Shown piece after piece: positions 57,839 through 64,000 of a DNA stretch of 64,000 nt (positions are counted from its first letter, which is position 1; each line of letters starts with the position of its first letter). Position numbers and translations under genes: made by a program. Source of the stretch: an uncultured Acidobacteriota bacterium (GTDB lineage: Bacteria > Acidobacteriota > Thermoanaerobaculia > Multivoradales > UBA5704). Location of the stretch: positions 1,504,001 to 1,568,000 of the forward strand of contig CAVYRF010000002.1 of the NCBI GenBank assembly GCA_963770895.1, read 5' to 3'. The notes beneath the pieces are model-generated. The model was given only the letters and a program-made list of their open reading frames with translations, was not told the origin of the DNA and did no database searches.

Positions 57839-60800
57839 GGCTGCCCTCCCTGACGCTGTCTGAAGCCGCCTGGGCGGCTCCGGCTGGACTTCGCGGCGGC
57901 GCCGCCGGCCGGCGGGCGCGCAGCTGCTGCATCGCCGCCTGCGCCTGCAAGCTGAGGCCGGAGTCGAGCGTGAGCAGCTGATTGGCGCCGTCGTAGGTCG
58001 CGGTCGAAAGAGCCGTGTCGATGGTCTCGCTGGTGCGGTTGCCCGACGGGTCGTAGCCGGCCGCGTAGGTGTGCAGCGTCGTCACCGGCGACTGCGCCGG
58101 GTCGGTAGTCTGCTGGCGCGCGATCAGCTGCTGGGCGCCGTCGTAGGTGAAGTTGAAGAAGCGGCCCGCCGGGTTGTCGACGTCGAACCAGGAGAGGCCG
58201 ACGATCTGCTGGTGCGCAGGATCGTAGGAGTAGCTGAACTGCGACAGGTTGGGGCCGTTCGCGGTGGAACCCCAGACCACCTGCGATAATCGGAAGTCTT
58301 GCGTCGGACCGAGATAGGAATACGCCGCTCCCTGGCCATTGGGATAGGACAGCGTGGCCATGCGGTTGGACGATCCGACGTAGGTCGCGGTGAACGTGCC
58401 GAGCGGGCTTGCCAGGGTCGTCAGACGGTCCTCGCTGTCGTAGGCCCGCGTCTGCGCCACGCCGTCGACCGTCTGACCGACGCGCCGACCATTGACGTCG
58501 TATTGAAAGGTGATCGTGTGATTGGGGGCCGGCGCAGTGATGCTGGCGATCTGCCCCGCGCCGACGCTGCCCGCGGGGTTGTAGCCGTAGAGCGTCGAAC
58601 CGAACGCATCGGTCATCATCGTCAAGCGCGGATAGTACTGGTCGTAGAAGTACTGCACGCCGGGCGTCGCGTGCACGCTGTTCTGATAGGTGATCGCCGC
58701 CAGCCGGTTGTCGACGGTATAGCTGTAGTTGGTGACCTGGCCGAGACCGTCGGTGCGCCGGATCAACCTGCCGGCGTCGTCATAGGCGAAGAGCGCCACC
58801 GTGGCGCCGTTGACCTGCTTGCCGACGACGCGGTTGAGGCCGTCGAGCATCCAGGTGGTCAGGTAGCCTCGCGGGTCCGCCACCTGCGACAGCGTGCCAC
58901 AGCCGCACCAGGAATAGGTCGTGGTTCTGCCTGCCGGGTCGGTGACGGTAGCCAGGCGGTCGGCCGCGTCGTAGGCGTACGTGGTGACCCGTCCCATCCG
59001 GTCCTGGTAGGCCACGACATCCAGTTTGTTGAAAACCACCTGATCCACCGTGCCGTCCGGATAGGTGATCTGCGTGAGGCGATCCAGCGAGTCGTAGCGG
59101 AACGTCAAGGTGTAGCCGTCGGTCGACGTCCAGGTCAGCAGCCGATTGGCGGAGTCGTAGGTGTAGGTCTCCTGGTAGGTGGTCCCGGCGATCGCTTTCT
59201 GGATCAGAAAACCCCGGCTGTCGTAGGTGTAGTTGGTGGTCACCCCATCCGGCCGCTGCGCGGAAGTCATCTCGCCCAAGCCGTTATAGGTGAACGTCGA
59301 CCGCTGGCCCGCGTAGTCGACGTAGGTGAGCGGTTCATGTACCGAGTTGTAGGTCAGGGCGGCCAGCTGCTCGCCGGCCCACGTGATGCCGGTGCCGCCA
59401 CCGTCCAACTGCGCGGCGAGCACCTTGATCAGATCGATTCCGTTGGCTGCATACAGGTAGTTATAGCTGCGGCCCGCCGGGTCGGCGTAGGTCAGCGGCC
59501 GACCCGAGGAATCGTAGCTGGAGGTGCTTGTCTGGGTCTGGCCGGTGTCGAGCACCGTCGCCGTGACGGTCGGCGCCGAAAGGCTTCCCTGGTCGCTGTC
59601 GCCAGGCATGTTGGGATAGTTCATCCAGATGCGGCGCTCCCCCTGCGGCTGGACAAAACCCGGGATCGAGGAGGCCGCCGTCCCGCCTTCCGAAAAATCG
59701 CGCAGCCAGTGGGTGGTGAAAGTCGCGTTCAGATATCGGTTGGGGTCGGCGGCGTTGTACTGCTCCATCGCCGTCGGATTCCAATAGTAGGTGTTGCGGT
59801 ACGCCAGGTTCTCGTTGCCGAAGCCGGCGGGGATCGGCTCGGTCGTGGTCTCTGGAACGTTCTGCGCTTGGTGGGTGAACTCGATCCGCTCCTGGTGGCC
59901 GAGCGGGTCGGTCGCCAGAAGCCAGCGGATGTTGCCCAGGTCGGTTTCGACGCACGGCGGCGCCTCCCCCATGGCGAAGGTCGTCGTGCCGTAGGGAGTG
60001 GTCATCGCGTTCATGAAATCTGCCGGCACCGCGTACACCGTGTCGTAGCCGCTGTTGAGGCAATAGGGCGGCGCCGGCGGCGGCACGGTCGGACCGTAGG
60101 CGAACGACGACGTCATGCCGGCGGCGTCGGTGACGCTTTGCAGCTCGCCGCCGGAGTACTGGAACAGCGCCTGGCGCCCAAACGGGTCGGTGACCGCGGT
60201 GACCTTGTACATGTCGCCCGCCAGCCCATAGGTGAGCGTCGTCGTCTGGCCCAGCGCATCGGTGATCGACAGCAGGCGCGTCGTCGCGGCGTCGTAGTTG
60301 AGGGTGACCGTATTGCCCACCGCATCCGTCACCGCGGTCAGGTAGTACTTGCGCATCGTGGCAGCGTTGTCCGAGAGCTCATAGGTGTCCTGCGAACCGT
60401 CGGGGTACTGCCGCACGAAGCCGACGGTGCTGTTCGCACCCGTCTGGAACAGGCGCATCACCGTGTCGTGCGCGCCGCTCACGTTGGGGCCATACGCCCA
60501 CCAATAGACTGCCGAAACCTGCGACAGGATGTACGAGCCGCCGCCGCGCTCGGCGACGCGGATGGTATTGCCGTTGCCGTTGGGGTCGTCATCTTCGACG
60601 TAGGAGAGCCAGTCGAAGTTCCAGCGCGAGCCCAGGTTGGTGTACGTGAACGTGGCCGGCTGAAAGTCCTCGCGGCTGTTGTAGGTGATGCCGAACCGCA
60701 TCGCCGGTCCGCGCGGCGGCTGGTAGCCGACCGGAGAGTCGGTGATGTTCAAGCTCACCACCGCGGTGTGAAAGTTGTAGACCGGCATGCCGACGCCGTT

Positions 60801-61859
60801 GCCGCCGCACAGCGCCGGCTTCTTGGGGTCGGCCGGCGTGGTCGCTCCCGGATTGGGGTTGGCGCTGGCGCCTCGGCCGCGCACCGCGGCCGCCTCCGCG
60901 GGCGTCACCGCACGCCACCCCGCCGGCAGGGACTCCCCAAGCCGGGCGAGCAGGTAGCCAGAGGACTCCTCTTCCACGGCGGCGCGGCTCAGCCAGCGGT
61001 TGTCGCCGAACGTCATGTCCTTGACCAGGTAGCGGCTTCCCTGCTGCGCGACGAGCGCCGCGAAGTGGCCGGCCTTCCAATGCACCACCGCCGGCACCGG
61101 GATGGGAGAGCCGGCCTGGCGCTGGACCGCGCGCAGATCCAGGCCGGTCGCCTGGGCGAGGTGCGCCATCTCGGCCAGCGACGTGCCCTGGCCCGTCGAG
61201 CGGTAGCGCAGCACCCGCGGATCGGGAGCGGCGCCCGGATGCAGCACCGCGGCGACCCGCTCAATGGCCAACGGGCCGCAGCGGAAGGAGCTGCCCGGAT
61301 CGTGGCGCATCTGCCACAGGCTCGACCGCGCGCCCGAGACGATCTCCGCGGCGTGACCGCGCAGGGAACGGCTCCGCACCGCGTCGAGCAGAGCCGTCAG
61401 CTCCTCCGTGCGGCCCAGGGCGGAGGTGATCTCGACGCGGGTCGCCAGCGCCGTATCGGCAATCCTGGTCGCCTCGGGGTCTGAAGACGTCGCGGTCCGC
61501 CGCCAGGCGTCTTCGGCCGCGGCCAGGGCGCGGTCCAGGTAGCCGGTGTGGCGGTAGAGCACCGCCAGGTTGGCGAGCAAGGACGGCTTCCAGGCCGAAT
61601 CGGGGTGGCGTTGCAGAAAGTCGACGACCGGCTGCACCGCCTCGATGTCCCCGGCGGCGCGATAGGAGCGGATCACCGCTGCCAGCTCGCGGGTCTCCTT
61701 CATGCCAGGCTCTCCCACCGGCCTGAGCGGTTCGGCAAACGTCCGCCCTGGCTCAGGCGGCTCGATCTTGACCGCGCCCACGTATGTCTGGCCATAGCTC
61801 ATCGAGGCGAGCACGACGGTCGCCACTGTGGCCATCAGCAGGGGTTTTTCCAGTCGCAT
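57828..61859 (-). CDS. RhsA: signal peptide + TPR-like + C39-like peptidase + YD repeats, without Rhs core
   Basis: Signal peptide ...SMSYGQ; FRCGP, GTSLAEM, VVHWKAGHFAALV, YLVKD; many YD repeats (YDAADRL, YDSLDRL, YDPSGNR); ends at YDGANQL with no RYxDPxxGR or DPxG. Confidence 0.88.
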   Translation of the reverse strand: MRLEKPLLMATVATVVLASMSYGQTYVGAVKIEPPEPGRTFAEPLRPVGEPGMKETRELAAVIRSYRAAGDIEAVQPVVDFLQRHPDSAWKPSLLANLAVLYRHTGYLDRALAAAEDAWRRTATSSDPEATRIADTALATRVEITSALGRTEELTALLDAVRSRSLRGHAAEIVSGARSSLWQMRHDPGSSFRCGPLAIERVAAVLHPGAAPDPRVLRYRSTGQGTSLAEMAHLAQATGLDLRAVQRQAGSPIPVPAVVHWKAGHFAALVAQQGSRYLVKDMTFGDNRWLSRAAVEEESSGYLLARLGESLPAGWRAVTPAEAAAVRGRGASANPNPGATTPADPKKPALCGGNGVGMPVYNFHTAVVSLNITDSPVGYQPPRGPAMRFGITYNSREDFQPATFTYTNLGSRWNFDWLSYVEDDDPNGNGNTIRVAERGGGSYILSQVSAVYWWAYGPNVSGAHDTVMRLFQTGANSTVGFVRQYPDGSQDTYELSDNAATMRKYYLTAVTDAVGNTVTLNYDAATTRLLSITDALGQTTTLTYGLAGDMYKVTAVTDPFGRQALFQYSGGELQSVTDAAGMTSSFAYGPTVPPPAPPYCLNSGYDTVYAVPADFMNAMTTPYGTTTFAMGEAPPCVETDLGNIRWLLATDPLGHQERIEFTHQAQNVPETTTEPIPAGFGNENLAYRNTYYWNPTAMEQYNAADPNRYLNATFTTHWLRDFSEGGTAASSIPGFVQPQGERRIWMNYPNMPGDSDQGSLSAPTVTATVLDTGQTQTSTSSYDSSGRPLTYADPAGRSYNYLYAANGIDLIKVLAAQLDGGGTGITWAGEQLAALTYNSVHEPLTYVDYAGQRSTFTYNGLGEMTSAQRPDGVTTNYTYDSRGFLIQKAIAGTTYQETYTYDSANRLLTWTSTDGYTLTFRYDSLDRLTQITYPDGTVDQVVFNKLDVVAYQDRMGRVTTYAYDAADRLATVTDPAGRTTTYSWCGCGTLSQVADPRGYLTTWMLDGLNRVVGKQVNGATVALFAYDDAGRLIRRTDGLGQVTNYSYTVDNRLAAITYQNSVHATPGVQYFYDQYYPRLTMMTDAFGSTLYGYNPAGSVGAGQIASITAPAPNHTITFQYDVNGRRVGQTVDGVAQTRAYDSEDRLTTLASPLGTFTATYVGSSNRMATLSYPNGQGAAYSYLGPTQDFRLSQVVWGSTANGPNLSQFSYSYDPAHQQIVGLSWFDVDNPAGRFFNFTYDGAQQLIARQQTTDPAQSPVTTLHTYAAGYDPSGNRTSETIDTALSTATYDGANQLLTLDSGLSLQAQAAMQQLRARRPAAPPRSPAGAAQAASDSVREGSHEN

Positions 61860-62423
61860 ACAGTTCTTCCCTCTGGGCAGTTTTGGCCCTTCCCATCTAC
61901 ATTTGTTTTGATGCTGTCCTGCTCCAACACTTTAATAGTTTCCGCTGGGGCAGGGTTGCGGGACATCGGGCCAAGAGGCCATGCCTTCACAAACCTCCTG
62001 AGCACGCCTCCCCAGCGAGCTGCCGCTGCCCGAAGGGCGTCGTCGCATCCATCCCCCCGGTAGACGACCGGGCAGCAGGGGCGCCGGCGTACTCCCTCCA
62101 GCCACGGCAGCGGAGGAGCCCCGAGCCTCTCTGAGCCAGGTCATTCATGAAGCTGTGAATGCATGACTTCACGACTTCTGGGTGCCGCTGGCTAGCGGCG
62201 GCGGGCACCTCTGCCATTGACCGAAATTCGAGGGCGGGGAGCCGGTCGATCGAAAGCGCGGCGCGGGCTTGCGCAGATGCCCGCTATCACTCCCAGCGGC
62301 CATCACCGTGGCGGGCCATCTTGCCTGTATCGCCGAACCGCGTCAGTCCGCCGCGGTCGAGCCCGCGCGCCGGTGCCTGCATCGCCCTGAGGGGTCGAGG
62401 CCGCACGACGATATGCTGCCTTC

Positions 62424-63557
62424 ATGATGAGGAGGAATCGCCTGAGAATCCTGGCCGGCGCGCTGGGCACGTCGCTCGGTCTTGCCGGCCTGAACGGCGC
62501 CGGCGGCCCAGGTGGCCTTGGTGCTGTCGGCCGGATGGGCGGCGTGGGTGACATAGGCGACGTCGGCGGCCTGGCCGACCTGCCGGGCCTGGCCGCCGTG
62601 GGCAGCGCCCTGGGCGAGATCGGCGCCGCCGGGGCGGCGGCGCTCCTGGCCGCGGGATGCTCGCGACGCGGCGATTCCGGCCCGGCATCGCCGGCCACCG
62701 ACGCCGAATGGGCCTGGCTGGAGGCTGCCAAACGCCAGCTCGACGCCAAGCGCGCCCAGCTGGCAAACGCCGATGGAGCCGCGGTCCCCCTGCCCGGATT
62801 CGGTCCGGCCGGCGTCGCGCGCGGCACGCCCGCCGCCGGCGCGCCAGCCGCCCCCACCCGCGACGCCCTCGAACACGAGGTCGACACCCTGGCGGCGGAG
62901 CTCGGGCGCCGGCTGGTCGATACCATCAATGCCAACCCGCCGGTCGAAGACACGCCGCTGACCGCCCACCAGCTGGCCGCCGTCCGCATGAAGAGCGACG
63001 AAGAGATCGTCGTGGCGCAGGAATTCATCAGCCGCGCCGGCGACTATCGGCGCGCCTGCGAGATCCTCACCGCCGCGCTCGCCATCGATCCACTCAACCC
63101 CCGCCTGCGCGACCAGCTGGCCAGCGCCCAGGCCGCCCGCTACGTCACGCGCGAGCGCTTTGCCCGCGTCGCCCCCGCCATGACCCCCGAGCAGATCCGC
63201 GACGCGCTGGGGCCGCCCAACGCTCACGACGTCCGCACCTATCCCCAGCGCGCCAGCCAGACCGGCGGCATCGTCGCCTGGTTCTATCCCCGCGACCCGA
63301 ACGGCGCCGCCGCCGCCGTCTGGTTCCAAACCAGCGAGGGTCGCTGGCTCGCCTACCGCTGCGACTGGGACGCCCTGCCGGCAGCCACCGCCAGCGGCAC
63401 CGGTACCGGCTCGGCTCTGCCTGTCACCGGCGCCACCCCGCCGCACCCCGCCCCCGGCGCCGGCTCTCCATCCCCGCCCATGCCCACCCGCCAGCCCGCT
63501 CCGGTGGCAGCAGGCGGCGACCCTGCTGGGCCGCCGCCTATCCCCAACCGTGGGTGA
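62424..63557 (+). CDS. Putative lipoprotein with TPR-like and BamE/SmpA-like domains
   Basis: ALLAAGC lipobox-like motif; GDYRRACEILTAALAIDPLN (TPR-like); FARVAPAMTPEQIRDALGPP (SmpA-like); start uncertain. Confidence 0.6.
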   Translation: MMRRNRLRILAGALGTSLGLAGLNGAGGPGGLGAVGRMGGVGDIGDVGGLADLPGLAAVGSALGEIGAAGAAALLAAGCSRRGDSGPASPATDAEWAWLEAAKRQLDAKRAQLANADGAAVPLPGFGPAGVARGTPAAGAPAAPTRDALEHEVDTLAAELGRRLVDTINANPPVEDTPLTAHQLAAVRMKSDEEIVVAQEFISRAGDYRRACEILTAALAIDPLNPRLRDQLASAQAARYVTRERFARVAPAMTPEQIRDALGPPNAHDVRTYPQRASQTGGIVAWFYPRDPNGAAAAVWFQTSEGRWLAYRCDWDALPAATASGTGTGSALPVTGATPPHPAPGAGSPSPPMPTRQPAPVAAGGDPAGPPPIPNRG

Positions 63558-63608
63558 CCCGCCCACCCACCCTTTACGCTTGCACTAGGGTCGTTGCACC
63601 GGTTGCGG

Positions 63609-63752
63609 TCAGCAGTAGCAGGTTTGCGGCCTGCACGTGATGCACACCGTGCAGATGGTCGCCTTGGCGGACGTGGTGACGCCGCCCACGACACCGGTCA
63701 GCCCCTGCACTGTTTCGCGGTTCAGCTTGAGGTGCTTCGTTGACTTTTTCAT
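63609..63752 (-). CDS. Putative RiPP (lanthipeptide-like) precursor, 47 aa
   Basis: RBS GAGGAG; MKKSTKHLKLNRETVQGLTGVVGG|VTTSAKATICTVCITCRPQTCYC. Confidence 0.78.
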   Translation of the reverse strand: MKKSTKHLKLNRETVQGLTGVVGGVTTSAKATICTVCITCRPQTCYC

Positions 63753-63968
63753 CGCAATTTCTCCTCGCAAAGGGCGCCGCGGAGTGTCGCGGCGCACTCT
63801 GGCAAGGTGCGGCCAGCGGCCAAAAGCAGCCACCGCCGCCGGATGCCTTGTCGCTCAAAGGCCTTCCCGGTGCTTGACTTTGCGCGCGGGGTGAGCGAGG
63901 ATGCCTGGCCTGGTGTCGGCGATATCGGCACCTGCGCAAATCCGCAATAGAAGAGAGGTGAGTTCGAG

Positions 63969-64000
63969 ATGCCCGTTGTGCACGTGCGCGAGGAAGAGAG
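63969..64000 (+). CDS. rpsU: 30S ribosomal protein S21 (5' end only)
   Basis: RBS GAGAGGTG; MPVVHVREE.. matches the S21 N-terminus MPxVxVRExE. Confidence 0.7.
   Translation, partial: MPVVHVREEE

Noticed and set aside
57780-57960. rhsA/rhsB split as another homopolymer error
   Set aside because: RhsB has its own RBS, ATG and hydrophobic signal peptide, and RhsA has a distinct non-YD tail; a fusion would place a signal peptide mid-protein.
61860-62420. Riboswitch or leader peptide upstream of rhsA
   Set aside because: Only an imperfect palindrome (~62140-62167) and a 16-codon ORF; no recognisable RNA family motif.

Overview
Very GC-rich bacterial chromosome segment; gene style suggests Acidobacteriota, possibly Thermoanaerobaculia-like (inference). 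Bases 1-47.7 kb are mostly housekeeping: truA, GT2, uvrD/pcrA, gap-pgk-tpiA-secG-tRNA-Leu, tsaD, wzm/wzt, hutI, yggS-divIVA, tRNA(CAT), slt. A small AT-richer insert (AlbA_2/Schlafen-type protein) is bracketed by two ~150-160 bp structured direct repeats. Bases 47.7-62 kb are an accessory, mosaic region: broken XRE/TPR modules, then an unusual polymorphic toxin locus. In it the Rhs/YD shell is split over two coupled, signal-peptide-bearing genes: RhsA (C39-like peptidase + YD repeats, no Rhs core) and RhsB (Ig-like repeats + final YD repeats with three inserted Ig-like domains + Rhs core + His-rich toxin tip). Immunity candidates, a near-identical orphan cassette and remnants of further cassettes follow. 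Two related double-glycine Cys/Thr-rich RiPP-like precursor peptides lie 34 kb apart with no modifying enzyme in the window. Three genes are broken at homopolymers where one extra base restores the frame, probably sequencing error. All family assignments come from motif recognition by eye, not database searches.
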